In this document: positions 1 through 7,476 of the stretch, one piece after another
Numbering within the stretch: the stretch's first letter is position 1
Layout: every line of letters begins with the position of its first letter
Notes under the pieces: generated by a model
Databases searched by the model: none
Seen by the model: the letters and a program-made list of their open reading frames with translations, nothing else
What the model was told of the DNA's origin: nothing
DNA from: a virus
Taxonomy: Duplodnaviria > Heunggongvirae > Uroviricota > Caudoviricetes
IMG/VR virus record: IMGVR_UViG_3300047160_005224
Coordinates: 96,403 to 160,402 of that record
Direction: 5' to 3' (one strand)
DNA: 64,000 nt
Translations under genes and position numbers: made by a program

Positions 1-57
1 AGCACACATCTGATCTTCGTAAGAAGCAGGTCTTCTACCTTAGACGAAACCGCAAAC

Positions 58-134
58 TGGCAACCCCACAAGGATTCGAACCTTGGAATGCTGGAATCAA
101 AATCCAGTGCCTTTATCCACTTGGCGATGGGGCT
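58..134 (-). tRNA. tRNA-Gln(UUG)
   Basis: Plus-strand ggattcgaacc is the reverse complement of the T-loop GGUUCGAAUCC. 7-bp acceptor stem with encoded CCA. Anticodon arm CUGGA-UUUUGAU-UCCAG. Confidence 0.7.
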
Positions 135-142
135 ATGAAACT

Positions 143-214
143 TGGCTGGGGTGTAGTGAATCGAACACTATCAGTTCGGGTCAGAGCCGAACCTCAATAC
201 CAATTGTCACCCCA
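143..214 (-). tRNA. tRNA-Gln(CUG), compact D-arm
   Basis: T-arm UAGUG-UUCGAUU-CACUA. Acceptor UGGGGUG/CACCCCA with CCA. Anticodon arm UUCGG-CUCUGAC-CCGAA. Confidence 0.55.
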
Positions 215-293
215 AGAACTAAGCAGAATGCTATTTCCATTATCACGCGTAATCGCCTGAAGAGAAATTGTTTTGCTGGAAGCATTCTTTGTT

Positions 294-369
294 TGGTGGG
301 AGAGGTTGGGATCGAACCAACATCCATGGCTTTTCAGACCACCGCATGAACCATCATTGCTACTCACCC
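294..369 (-). tRNA. tRNA-Phe(GAA)
   Basis: T-arm GUUGG-UUCGAUC-CCAAC, CCA encoded. Anticodon arm GUGGU-CUGAAAA-GCCAU. One acceptor mismatch. Confidence 0.6.
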
Positions 370-375
370 AAAATT

Positions 376-452
376 TGGTACCCCGCACAGGATTCGAACC
401 TGCACCTGACTGATTCGTAGTCAGCCGCTCTATCCAGTTGAGCTAACGAGGC
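376..452 (-). tRNA. tRNA-Arg(ACG)
   Basis: T-arm GCAGG-UUCGAAU-CCUGU. Acceptor GCCUCGU/GCGGGGU plus A-CCA. Anticodon loop CUACGAA. Confidence 0.7.
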
Positions 453-684
453 ATAAACTGTATCATACTGATCATCGCGCTAATAGCAAGCAACATCAGT
501 CAAAAGGTATTGACAGACCGAACTAGGCATCTTGCCAGATGCCGCATCGATTTGGGACTAGCTTCCAAGGCTCTTGATTGGAGAAGGATCGTGCGATCCG
601 GCACCCGTGCTCGGTGTTCTCCTCATTCCCAGGACGCGCAGCACCTTGACACGCCCCTCAGTTCATTCCTGACGCTGACAATTT

Positions 685-761
685 TGGTGCCCCTGGTAGG
701 ATTCGAACCCACAACCCGCGACCTAGAAAGAAGCAGCTCTATCCAGTTGAGCTACAAGGGC
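685..761 (-). tRNA. tRNA-Arg(UCU)?, anticodon stem imperfect
   Basis: Canonical acceptor, D-arm GCUC-AACUGGAUA-GAGC and T-arm GUGGG-UUCGAAU-CCUAC. Anticodon loop UUUCUAG, but the stem has 2 mismatches. Confidence 0.5.
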
Positions 762-766
762 AAATC

Positions 767-841
767 TGGTTGTCGCTACCGGGATTGAACCGATGACCCC
801 TTCCATGTCAAGGAAGTGCTCTACCGCTGAGCTAAGCGACA
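767..841 (-). tRNA. tRNA-Val(GAC)
   Basis: Acceptor UGUCGCU/AGCGACA plus A-CCA. D-arm GCUC-AGCGGUA-GAGC. Anticodon arm CUUCC-UUGACAU-GGAAG. T-loop UUCAAUC. Confidence 0.7.
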
Positions 842-847
842 ATAATC

Positions 848-922
848 TGGTGCCCATAGTGAGGATCGAACTCACGACCTCATTCTTACCAAGAATGTGC
901 ACTACCACTGTGCTACATGGGC
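848..922 (-). tRNA. tRNA-Thr(GGU)
   Basis: Acceptor GCCCAUG/UAUGGGC with CCA. T-arm GUGAG-UUCGAUC-CUCAC. Anticodon arm CAUUC-UUGGUAA-GAAUG. Confidence 0.7.
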
Positions 923-929
923 AAATTTT

Positions 930-1068
930 CTAGAACAATGAGCTCTTGTTTGAGCCCATCAAGGTGTCGCTTTCCCATGTCCCACCAGCGCCCATAATAG
1001 GCAGCAAGGATGCGTTCATAGTCAGCGATCTCTGCCTTCTTGGCAGCAATTGCTTCTTCGTTTGTCAT
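930..1068 (-). CDS. hypothetical small protein (46 aa; MTNEEAIAAKKAEIADYERIL...)
   Basis: Sub-threshold minus-strand ORF in the gap of the tRNA array; protein-like composition. Confidence 0.25.
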
Positions 1069-1274
1069 AGCGTGCCGGATGATACGACTTGGCGTATCTG
1101 ATTGTGGCCAGCAATCCCAACTTGGTGACGGCTAGCCTAGGAACAGCCACCATCCGACATAAAAGGCGCTGAAGCATCCAATTCTTCCTGTTGTGCACAA
1201 CGAGGAATTGGGGAGCTCAATTGAGTCTCGGGATGCAAGGATTGGTACGCCATTCCAATCACTTCAGCATAACT

Positions 1275-1350
1275 TGGCGTTCCCACTGGGGCTCAAACCC
1301 AGTTCTTCTGCTTGAGAGGCAGAGGTTCTAATCCGGTAAACTATGGGAAC
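1275..1350 (-). tRNA. tRNA-Glu(CUC)?
   Basis: Acceptor GUUCCCA/UGGGAAC plus G-CCA. T-arm CUGGG-UUUGAGC-CCCAG. Anticodon arm UCUGC-CUCUCAA-GCAGA. Confidence 0.55.
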
Positions 1351-1354
1351 AAAT

Positions 1355-1428
1355 TGGCGGGAAGTAGGGGTTACGATCCCCTCTGACGGAGTAGACAGCT
1401 CCGTAGACTCACCAGAGTCGAACTCCCC
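1355..1428 (-). tRNA. tRNA-Asp(GUC), short D-arm
   Basis: Acceptor GGGGAGU/ACUUCCC plus G-CCA. T-arm AGGGG-AUCGUAA-CCCCU. Anticodon arm CGGAG-CUGUCUA-CUCCG. Confidence 0.6.
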
Positions 1429-1431
1429 AAT

Positions 1432-1509
1432 TGGAAGCCAGGGTCGGATTCAAACCGACGGGGTTTACGCTTTGCAGGCGCATGCATTGGATCACTCTGC
1501 CACCTGGCC
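1432..1509 (-). tRNA. tRNA-Cys(GCA)
   Basis: Acceptor GGCCAGG/CCUGGCU plus U-CCA. T-arm GUCGG-UUUGAAU-CCGAC. Anticodon arm UGCGC-CUGCAAA-GCGUA. Confidence 0.6.
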
Positions 1510-1511
1510 AT

Positions 1512-1580
1512 AAATCAACAGGATGCGCTATCTTGGTTTGCTTAACAGGCAAATGATAGTGGTTGCTGAAGGCATCCTAA
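1512..1580 (-). other. tRNA-like mini-element bounded by the inverted repeat AGGAUGC...GCAUCCU
   Basis: A 7-bp outer stem encloses an inner stem CUAUC/GAUAG and an anticodon-like hairpin UUUGC-CUGUUAA-GCAAA (GUU). No T-arm. The same IR bounds the element at 9733-9824. Confidence 0.35.
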
Positions 1581-1583
1581 AAC

Positions 1584-1658
1584 TGGTGCTTCCTACAGGG
1601 ATCGAACCTATGACCGTCGTCTTGTAAGGGCGCTGCTCTACCGCTGAGCTAAGGAAGC
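1584..1658 (-). tRNA. tRNA-Val(UAC)
   Basis: Acceptor GCUUCCU/AGGAAGC plus A-CCA. T-arm AUAGG-UUCGAUC-CCUGU. Anticodon arm GCGCC-CUUACAA-GACGA. Confidence 0.7.
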
Positions 1659-1663
1659 AAAAC

Positions 1664-1738
1664 TGGCATCCCGAGTAGGATTCGAACCCACATTGCAAGG
1701 TTTTGGAGACCCGCATCTTGCCGTTAGAAGATCGAGAT
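1664..1738 (-). tRNA. tRNA-Trp(CCA)
   Basis: Acceptor AUCUCGA/UCGGGAU plus G-CCA. T-arm GUGGG-UUCGAAU-CCUAC. Anticodon loop CUCCAAA, stem has one mismatch. Confidence 0.6.
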
Positions 1739-1748
1739 GTAAACAAAT

Positions 1749-1825
1749 TGGTCGGGGCAGAGGGACTCGAACTCTCGACTTTATGCTCCCAAAGCATACG
1801 CTCTACCAAACTGAGCTATACCCCG
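1749..1825 (-). tRNA. tRNA-Pro(UGG)
   Basis: Acceptor CGGGGUA/UGCCCCG plus A-CCA. T-arm GAGAG-UUCGAGU-CCCUC. Anticodon arm UAUGC-UUUGGGA-GCAUA. Confidence 0.7.
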
Positions 1826-1919
1826 ATTGTGAAAATATGCTGGTTAATTCATTCAACGTCATCCGCAGAGATTACCAGCAACCCTCTTGCAGCACATAGG
1901 CGTTGAATTACTATTTGAT

Positions 1920-1992
1920 TGGAGCGTCTAGAGAGAATCGAACTCTCGCCGGCTGCTTGGAAGGCAGTGGTTCTACCATTAAACTACAGACG
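1920..1992 (-). tRNA. tRNA-Gly(UCC)
   Basis: Acceptor GCGUCUG/UAGACGC plus U-CCA. T-arm GAGAG-UUCGAUU-CUCUC. Anticodon loop CUUCCAA. Confidence 0.7.
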
Positions 1993-1998
1993 CATATT

Positions 1999-2074
1999 TG
2001 GAGCGGGTGAAGGGACTCGAACCCTCAACATCTTCCTTGGCAAGGAAGTACTCTACCAATTGAGCTACACACGC
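1999..2074 (-). tRNA. tRNA-Gly(GCC)
   Basis: T-arm GAGGG-UUCGAGU-CCCUU, CCA encoded. Anticodon arm CUUCC-UUGCCAA-GGAAG. One acceptor mismatch. Confidence 0.65.
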
Positions 2075-2268
2075 GTAATTCTTTTCTTCAACAAACGACG
2101 AACTTTCTTCAGCCACTGCTCTCGGCGCGAACGATGCAAGCCATAGGCAGGAACGAAGTCACAATTATGTTCGTCGAACTCTACAATTTCAACAGCTTCT
2201 TGAAGCAGATTGATTAGTGTAGCTTCATTCACCGAAGCAAGCAACAAGTCAAAATCAACCTTCTTCAT
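2065..2268 (-). CDS. hypothetical small protein (~67 aa)
   Basis: Minus ORF between tRNAs; its stop overlaps the tRNA-Gly 5' end by ~10 nt. Confidence 0.25.
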   Translation of the reverse strand: MKKVDFDLLLASVNEATLINLLQEAVEIVEFDEHNCDFVPAYGLHRSRREQWLKKVRRLLKKRITRV

Positions 2269-2271
2269 AAT

Positions 2272-2348
2272 TGGCACCCAGTACGGGATTCGAACCCGTC
2301 ATCGCCGGCGTGACAGGCCAGCATCTTCACCAAGCAGACCCACTGGGT
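2272..2348 (-). tRNA. tRNA-Asp(GUC), second divergent copy
   Basis: Acceptor ACCCAGU/ACUGGGU plus G-CCA. D-stem GUCU/AGAU. Anticodon arm CUGGC-CUGUCAC-GCCGG. T-arm ACGGG-UUCGAAU-CCCGU. Confidence 0.55.
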
Positions 2349-2354
2349 GTAAAA

Positions 2355-2555
2355 TCAATCCGTTACGCCAGTCAACGGATCGAGCACGACACAGGAGTCG
2401 ACATTCTCGAGCTGGATATTGCCATCCGTTACAACAGTATATAGCACTTTGGCTTCATTGAAGAACACACCGACAACTTGTGCACCAATGTAAGCACCAC
2501 TGAAATGGACGGAAACACGATCATTGATCTGATGACGAGACGGAAGAAGCATCAA
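2355..2555 (-). CDS. hypothetical small protein (66 aa)
   Basis: Minus ORF filling the gap between tRNA genes. Confidence 0.3.
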   Translation of the reverse strand: MMLLPSRHQINDRVSVHFSGAYIGAQVVGVFFNEAKVLYTVVTDGNIQLENVDSCVVLDPLTGVTD

Positions 2556-2570
2556 ACAAACCTCATAATT

Positions 2571-2646
2571 TGGCGTCCCCCGTGAGAATCGAACTCACCT
2601 TTGAGTGGTTAACAGCCACTTGCTTACACCAGATAGCTCGAGAGAC
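2571..2646 (-). tRNA. tRNA-Asn(GUU)
   Basis: T-arm GUGAG-UUCGAUU-CUCAC. Acceptor GUCUCUC/GGGGGAC (G-U pairs) plus G-CCA. Anticodon arm AGUGG-CUGUUAA-CCACU. Confidence 0.7.
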
Positions 2647-2652
2647 ATTGAT

Positions 2653-2729
2653 TGGTGGGCAGGGTGGGAATCGAACCCACTTGAATCTGGTTAAGAGCCA
2701 GGTACATAGCGCCGGTCTGTCACCTACCC
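2653..2729 (-). tRNA. tRNA-Lys(CUU)
   Basis: Acceptor GGGUAGG/CCUGCCC plus A-CCA. T-arm GUGGG-UUCGAUU-CCCAC. Anticodon loop CUCUUAA. Confidence 0.6.
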
Positions 2730-2733
2730 GAAT

Positions 2734-2818
2734 TGGTGATGTGCCTTGGACTCGAACCAAGCATGCCCGTTAAGACGCAGGTTTTACAGACCCGCTGGTA
2801 CACCCGTACCTGCACACC
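2734..2818 (-). tRNA. tRNA-Tyr(GUA), type II, 85 nt
   Basis: Acceptor GGUGUGC/GCACAUC plus A-CCA. Anticodon arm CGGGU-CUGUAAA-ACCUG. Long variable arm. T-arm CUUGG-UUCGAGU-CCAAG. Confidence 0.7.
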
Positions 2819-2822
2819 GCAT

Positions 2823-2899
2823 TGGTAGCGAAGCCCGGGAATCGAACCCGGAACCGAAAGCTTATGAGGCTTCCCATCTGCCATTGATTGTAGCTCGCA
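2823..2899 (-). tRNA. tRNA-Met(CAU); initiator, elongator or Ile2 not distinguished
   Basis: T-arm CCGGG-UUCGAUU-CCCGG. Anticodon arm GAAGC-CUCAUAA-GCUUU. Acceptor register ambiguous. Confidence 0.5.
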
Positions 2900-2933
2900 A
2901 CTGCTAGATCAGCGCTCAAAGCGCAAGATCAAT

Positions 2934-3005
2934 TGGTGGACCGCATGGGAATCGAACCCATCGGAGTCTCCTTGCAAGGGAGTCTTGTACCCCAGTACGC
3001 AGCCC
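2934..3005 (-). tRNA. tRNA-Ala(UGC)
   Basis: Acceptor GGGCUGC/GCGGUCC (G3-U70) plus A-CCA. T-arm AUGGG-UUCGAUU-CCCAU. Anticodon loop CUUGCAA. Confidence 0.6.
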
Positions 3006-3012
3006 ATTTGTT

Positions 3013-3089
3013 TGGTACACCGGACGAGAGTCGAACTCGCATTCCAAGGGTGAAAGCCGAGGCGTCCTAAACCATTAGACGACCGGTGT
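3013..3089 (-). tRNA. tRNA (Glu-UUC-like loop CUUUCAC; anticodon stem does not pair; possible pseudo-tRNA)
   Basis: Acceptor ACACCGG/CCGGUGU plus A-CCA is perfect. D-arm GUCU-AAUGGUUUA-GGAC. T-arm GCGAG-UUCGACU-CUCGU. Anticodon stem is defective. Confidence 0.45.
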
Positions 3090-3097
3090 ATATTTTG

Positions 3098-3173
3098 TGC
3101 TGTCTGACGGATTTCGAACCGTCGCTGCAACATCCGAGGGCATCGGCAAATTATTGCATCTTCCAAGGACAAC
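3098..3173 (-). tRNA. tRNA-like element, probable pseudogene
   Basis: T-arm GACGG-UUCGAAAU-CCGUC and a 6/7 acceptor pairing. No credible anticodon arm; no CCA. Confidence 0.3.
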
Positions 3174-3176
3174 ATT

Positions 3177-3251
3177 TGGTTGTCGGACTGAGAATTGAAC
3201 TCAGCTTCAGCGGTTATCAGCCGCGCGCCCACACCAGCAGGCTCTCCGACA
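3177..3251 (-). tRNA. tRNA-Ile(GAU)
   Basis: Acceptor UGUCGGA/UCCGACA plus A-CCA. T-arm CUGAG-UUCAAUU-CUCAG. Anticodon loop CUGAUAA. Confidence 0.6.
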
Positions 3252-3336
3252 AAATTCTTGAGACCGGAAATTATCCTTCTGCCTGTCTCTTGGCGCATGC
3301 ATATCGGGTTGCCTTAACGCACACAACTGTCGTATT

Positions 3337-3413
3337 TGGTGGGATCAGTGGGACTCGAACCCACAACCTTCGACTTAAAAGGACGCTACTCTAACCAGTT
3401 GAGTTATGACCCC
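3337..3413 (-). tRNA. tRNA-Lys(UUU)?, anticodon stem imperfect
   Basis: Acceptor GGGGUCA/UGAUCCC plus A-CCA. D-arm ACUC-AACUGGUUA-GAGU. Loop CUUUUAA. T-arm GUGGG-UUCGAGU-CCCAC. Confidence 0.5.
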
Positions 3414-3522
3414 CAAAAATTTGTGCCCTGCAGAGCCACCCGATGTTCAGTCCGATGGTTGCTTCTCTCGTCCGGGACCAGACAGGCTTCGAGATGATCA
3501 GCGCAATGCGCAAGATCAAATT

Positions 3523-3596
3523 TGGTGCCCCAATACAGAATCGAACTGTACTCAACGGCTTACAAAACCGTTGCATCACCACAATGCTTTAAGGGC
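3523..3596 (-). tRNA. tRNA-Thr(UGU)
   Basis: T-arm UACAG-UUCGAUU-CUGUA with CCA. Anticodon arm ACGGU-UUUGUAA-GCCGU. One acceptor mismatch. Confidence 0.65.
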
Positions 3597-3747
3597 ATGG
3601 ACGCTTCTCAGCGTCAGAACAGTATATATGAAAGATTTTCAAACTCAACCGATCATCTTTCAAACTTTCTGTCTTTTCGAACAGCGCTTCGCGCCACCCG
3701 AGGTTCACTACTTTACTGATCTACATGGAAAAGTAAAGAGGAACAAG

Positions 3748-3776
3748 TCAATGTGAGAAATGGACATCCTTGTCCA
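3748..3776 (-). terminator. putative intrinsic terminator after gene 3785-4018
   Basis: Hairpin ATGGACA-AGGA-TGTCCAT followed on the minus strand by UUUCUCACAUU. Confidence 0.35.
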
Positions 3777-3784
3777 TACAATCC

Positions 3785-4018
3785 TTACTTGTTCAGACCG
3801 TTCGTCATCGCGCAATAACGATCGTACTTCTCGAGGTCGCCACCACGCATTTTGTACGGATTGGCGCGAATCCCCCAAGTCTTGAGATCGTTCTTGACGC
3901 AACTGCCGCCCTTGTCCTTGCCAGGTGTCTGGCTGCGAGCCTTGACGGTCTTGCCACCCATGCGGCGCGAGGTGGTGCAGTCCGCGTAGAAACCGTTGGC
4001 CAAAAGCTTGATGGTCAT
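3785..4018 (-). CDS. hypothetical protein (77 aa, Lys-rich)
   Basis: Minus ORF; protein-like composition. The overlapping plus ORF 3770-4153 reads as an antisense shadow. Confidence 0.45.
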   Translation of the reverse strand: MTIKLLANGFYADCTTSRRMGGKTVKARSQTPGKDKGGSCVKNDLKTWGIRANPYKMRGGDLEKYDRYCAMTNGLNK

Positions 4019-4032
4019 GATGAAATTCCAGT

Positions 4033-4248
4033 TCAGTGGATGGAGAGATTGGGATCGGGAATTTCTTCCCAGATGTTCTCGGCGAGGATTTCCCCGATGA
4101 CCGTAGAAAGAGCAGTCGCAAAGTTGCGCTCACCAGACTTGTCGGTGCAATGAGCGTAGATTGCCTTTCCTTCTTTGTCGAATTCGACTTCAACGAAGTC
4201 GGTGTCGTCGAGGAAACCTTCGGGATGACGATAGAACTTGGTACTCAT
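4033..4248 (-). CDS. hypothetical protein (~71 aa, start MSTKFY)
   Basis: Minus ORF 4033-4284; internal Met chosen to avoid overlap with the upstream gene. Confidence 0.45.
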   Translation of the reverse strand: MSTKFYRHPEGFLDDTDFVEVEFDKEGKAIYAHCTDKSGERNFATALSTVIGEILAENIWEEIPDPNLSIH

Positions 4249-4264
4249 GATGTAATTCCTTGGA

Positions 4265-4429
4265 TCAGGTGTATTTGACTTCACATTCAGATGCGGGACT
4301 CTCGCGCTCGAGTTCTTTCTTCAGAACACGAACAGCGCGAAGAGCATCAGATTTTGCCATCGAATTTGGATATCCATCCAGAACGGCACGGATCAAATCC
4401 AACTCGTCCAACTGTTCCTGCTTAGTCAT
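4265..4429 (-). CDS. hypothetical protein (~54 aa, start MTKQEQ)
   Basis: Minus ORF, tightly packed with its neighbours. Confidence 0.4.
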   Translation of the reverse strand: MTKQEQLDELDLIRAVLDGYPNSMAKSDALRAVRVLKKELERESPASECEVKYT

Positions 4430-4570
4430 GATGCTCTCTGAAATTCCATTTGCGACCCGCCTTGTGAGATTTGATCGCAAGCGGCTTGCTTACAGTGATG
4501 CGAGAATGGCCATAGCGACGGCGAGTGAACCGCCAATCGCTATGGCGCGCACGCTTTGAGCCGAAAGCTT

Positions 4571-5071
4571 TCATGCAGTGATGCCCGAGATTTCCTTGAG
4601 ACGGTCCGCCGCAAACGACGCAGCGAACGAAGGACCACCACCGAAGCCGTCCTTCGACTTCAGGATTGGCGTAACGTTGCACATGCCCTTGATGTAGCCA
4701 ACCGCTGCCGAAGCAGCCACGTTGGAACCATTGACTTCCGTCGAGGAAATGTCCAGATGCACTTCAACCTCGAAGTCGTAGAACAGCTCTTTGCAGAACA
4801 GGTACATTTCGGCGGACTTCTTGGCTTCCGTCATCATTCGATTGAATGGACGATCCTTGCGCTGGTCCAAGTCCTTTTCGCGGGTGACTTCGCCGAAGAC
4901 CTTGGCACCACGACAACCGTCGATGTGAATGACGATTGCGGTGATATAGTCGGCGAACCAGACACCCTTGTACTTGAACCGCTCGCTGTCGGTACCGATG
5001 TACACCTTGGTTTCCGGACCACAACGGGTCAGGAACTCACGGATTTCTTCGAGATTGACTTTCTTGCCCAT
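4571..5071 (-). CDS. hypothetical protein (166 aa)
   Basis: Minus ORF in an operon-like array. Confidence 0.55.
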   Translation of the reverse strand: MGKKVNLEEIREFLTRCGPETKVYIGTDSERFKYKGVWFADYITAIVIHIDGCRGAKVFGEVTREKDLDQRKDRPFNRMMTEAKKSAEMYLFCKELFYDFEVEVHLDISSTEVNGSNVAASAAVGYIKGMCNVTPILKSKDGFGGGPSFAASFAADRLKEISGITA

Positions 5072-5089
5072 GGCACATTCCCAGGTTGG

Positions 5090-5272
5090 TCAGTCATCAA
5101 ACTGACAATTCTTCAAATCCATCTTGCTCTTGCGACGATAGGATCGACGCATGTAGACCTTGTAGTGACGGATGTGCATCGGAATGCAGCACGGGCAATA
5201 CAATCCACCCGGACCGCAGACATGCCCCAACTGTTCGGCATACTGCTTGTTGCCGTGACGCTTACTAGCCAT
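5090..5272 (-). CDS. hypothetical Cys-rich small protein (60 aa; CGPGGLYCPCC)
   Basis: Minus ORF; Cys cluster suggests a Zn ribbon. Confidence 0.4.
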   Translation of the reverse strand: MASKRHGNKQYAEQLGHVCGPGGLYCPCCIPMHIRHYKVYMRRSYRRKSKMDLKNCQFDD

Positions 5273-5345
5273 GTTGTTTCTCCTGTTAGTAGGTTCAACA
5301 ATTCATGGCGTTCTCCAGTTGGTTACCATCATTGATTAGTTATGT

Positions 5346-5567
5346 TCAGTCCCACGCACTTCGCCTGGAAGTTGGGTCTCCCAGAGCGAAATCGATCGCA
5401 TTTTTGTTTGTGTCGAACTGCGTGTCATGCTTGTGAGTCAGCAAGCTAGTACCATCACGCATTTCGATCGCAATGTAGGTCGGACCCCAAACAATGCGGG
5501 TTACATCTTCTGCATTGATGAGAGTAGTTTTCTCTTCTTCCTTGATCTCGAAGTCCTTCATCTTCAT
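5346..5567 (-). CDS. hypothetical protein (~73 aa, start MKMKDFEI)
   Basis: Minus ORF; start trimmed to abut the stop of gene 5564-6316. Confidence 0.45.
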   Translation of the reverse strand: MKMKDFEIKEEEKTTLINAEDVTRIVWGPTYIAIEMRDGTSLLTHKHDTQFDTNKNAIDFALGDPTSRRSAWD

Positions 5568-6316
5568 CGAGCATTCTCCGGAGGCTTGCGGAACGACCAC
5601 TTGTCGAAACCCTTCTTGGCGATTTGCTCTTTGTCACTGAGCTCAACCATTTCTTTGTCGGGTTTCACGAGAGTGCCGAGATACATGGCAATCTCTTGGT
5701 ACGCCGTGTTCGGGTCGATCACGGAAGCGAAATTGGAATCGCGCAAGCGCGGATTGCGTTTCACTACCAGTTCGAGATAGTACCTACCACCATTGTAGGT
5801 TCTTCGTTCCTCAAAAGCAAGAACTGGCGCACCATATTCTTGGTGAACTGCAAGCCAATCATAGTTGGCTATCAGCCGTTCCATCTCCTCACGTTTGACA
5901 ACCGAGAAGTAAGACATCTGATACTTCTCGTCCCTCGGCGGCAGCTTGGCTTTGGCGCGAGCATCGGCTTCGACACCCTTCTTCGAAGGACCCCATGCTT
6001 CGCTGATCACATCGTAGATCGCAGTGATGTTCCCACCCTTCAACTGATTCGCGACTTTCACGACGCAACGAATGCGCGGATAGAACTTGCCGCAGAACAG
6101 CAGACTGTGATCCTCGAACTCAACCACGTACTGAAGACCATGCGCAGTCACATAGTTCTTATCCCACGTGTCACGCATGATCCAGTTGTGCATGTCGCGA
6201 TCGACATTGAATGGTTTCTGACCATCAGCCTGATCTCGAATGTACAAAAGATCGTCTGCAGCACCGTAGCGCTGCAGACCGTCGTAGTAGTCATTGAATT
6301 TCGAGATGATGCGCAT
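5564..6316 (-). CDS. hypothetical protein (250 aa)
   Basis: Long minus ORF. Confidence 0.6.
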   Translation of the reverse strand: MRIISKFNDYYDGLQRYGAADDLLYIRDQADGQKPFNVDRDMHNWIMRDTWDKNYVTAHGLQYVVEFEDHSLLFCGKFYPRIRCVVKVANQLKGGNITAIYDVISEAWGPSKKGVEADARAKAKLPPRDEKYQMSYFSVVKREEMERLIANYDWLAVHQEYGAPVLAFEERRTYNGGRYYLELVVKRNPRLRDSNFASVIDPNTAYQEIAMYLGTLVKPDKEMVELSDKEQIAKKGFDKWSFRKPPENAR

Positions 6317-6684
6317 CAGTGTCTCGTGTCGTTGCTGGTCGCTTGTTGTGCCCGCAGGATTACTTCGGCTTGAGCCAGCATATTGTCGAGATCGACCACC
6401 AACTTCCCGAGATCTTCCGGACCGCCATTGATGAATTTGATCTCGCCAGAATTGGCGCCAGTGAGATAGCGCTTCACGAAGACGCGATTGCCATTGGTTT
6501 GGATGTAGTCGGCATCGTCGTACTTGGCGTAGACATAGAAGCCAGGCAGAGAGTGGACGCTCTTCGGGAACAGCTCGTCGAGGACAGGATCACCAGTCTT
6601 CGGGATCGCGCCATCACGAACCAAGTTCTTGGCGGCGTACGCGAGGGCACCGAAGACAAAATTCAACTGCTCGTTGTTCATCAC
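6316..6684 (-). CDS. hypothetical protein (122 aa)
   Basis: Minus ORF; ATGA stop/start overlap with the downstream gene. Confidence 0.55.
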   Translation of the reverse strand: MMNNEQLNFVFGALAYAAKNLVRDGAIPKTGDPVLDELFPKSVHSLPGFYVYAKYDDADYIQTNGNRVFVKRYLTGANSGEIKFINGGPEDLGKLVVDLDNMLAQAEVILRAQQATSNDTRH

Positions 6685-7214
6685 GAAATCCTTGATTCAA
6701 TTTGATGCTGGAAGGAATAGAAGCGCGTCTTCGGATCGTAATTGAACTGGATCGTCAACACGAACCTGGCCGATGATGTGTCTTCCATCTTCTGCTTGAA
6801 GTCACCGAATTCGTAACGACGAACCTTGCAGAAGTAGTCGTAGACTTTGCTCATCGTGTAGCCACGAGTTCCGCCGCCACTCACGAAGTCATCGACGAAC
6901 ACCGGAAGGAAGTGTTCGTCGATTTCTTCCTTGATGAATTCGAAGATGCTGTGTTCCACAGACTCACCATGAGACTTCTCGTTCTCCTTGCGAACGTAAG
7001 CCATGGCATACTGAAATTTGGGGAAACTGCGCTGAAGCTCGAGGGAGAGGGCGGTCGCCGAGGCAATGCCCGACATGCCGCTGTAACAGAGGATGGGGAT
7101 CTTCTTGTTCTTCTTGGAACGCTGCTTACAGTACTCCACCAACGCCTTTGCCCATACGATTGCCTGTTCATTAAGCTGTGACGGCTTCTGGGCAAGGCTG
7201 TAGTGCGTGGTCAT
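6681..7214 (-). CDS. type I phosphoribosyltransferase-fold protein
   Basis: PRPP-binding-like motif PVFVDDFVSGGGT. ~178 aa from the MTTHYS start; the full ORF runs to 7286. Confidence 0.45.
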   Translation of the reverse strand: MTTHYSLAQKPSQLNEQAIVWAKALVEYCKQRSKKNKKIPILCYSGMSGIASATALSLELQRSFPKFQYAMAYVRKENEKSHGESVEHSIFEFIKEEIDEHFLPVFVDDFVSGGGTRGYTMSKVYDYFCKVRRYEFGDFKQKMEDTSSARFVLTIQFNYDPKTRFYSFQHQIESRIS

Positions 7215-7376
7215 GGCGCGCTGGTCTCCGACGAAGGTTTGGGCGGTACAAAGAAGGGGTGGGCAACTCACACTCCCTACGATCATTATACGCTATGGCG
7301 TCGGAAAAGCTAGAACTTAATTCGTAGTCGGATCAACAACTTACGTAGAAGCGGTCAATGTTCGACTAACATTGAG

Positions 7377-7467
7377 TGGCGGAAGGCATAGGAATCGAAC
7401 CCAAAGCGCCGGTTAGACGCTCAATCCGTTTTCGAAACGGTTCCAAACCCAGTTTGGTTTACCTTCC
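7377..7467 (-). tRNA. tRNA-Ser(CGA), type II, 91 nt
   Basis: Acceptor GGAAGGU/GCCUUCC plus G-CCA. Anticodon arm ACCGU-UUCGAAA-ACGGA. Long variable arm. T-loop UUCGAUU. Confidence 0.55.
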
Positions 7468-7476
7468 AATGTGGAC

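Noticed and set aside
1080-1270. Inverted repeats (caattcttcctgttgtgcacaacgaggaattg; ggattgg...ccaatc) in the ORF-free gap of the tRNA array
   Set aside because: They lack tRNA T-loop/acceptor features and terminator U-tracts; they may be processing or spacer structures but no specific call can be supported.
3602-3618. Hairpin GACGC-TTCTCA-GCGTC just outside the last tRNA
   Set aside because: No adjacent U/A tract on either strand, so not called a terminator; possibly a processing element.
3708-4193. ORF 3708-4193 (-), 161 aa
   Set aside because: Low-complexity Arg/Ser/Gln-rich translation spanning two better, shorter minus ORFs in other frames and the terminator hairpin.
3770-6373. Plus-strand ORFs 3770-4153, 4036-4278, 4260-4559, 4556-5335 (259 aa) and 5624-6373 (249 aa)
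   Set aside because: Low-complexity, Arg/Ala/Val-rich translations lying antisense to convincing, tightly packed minus-strand genes; typical shadow ORFs.
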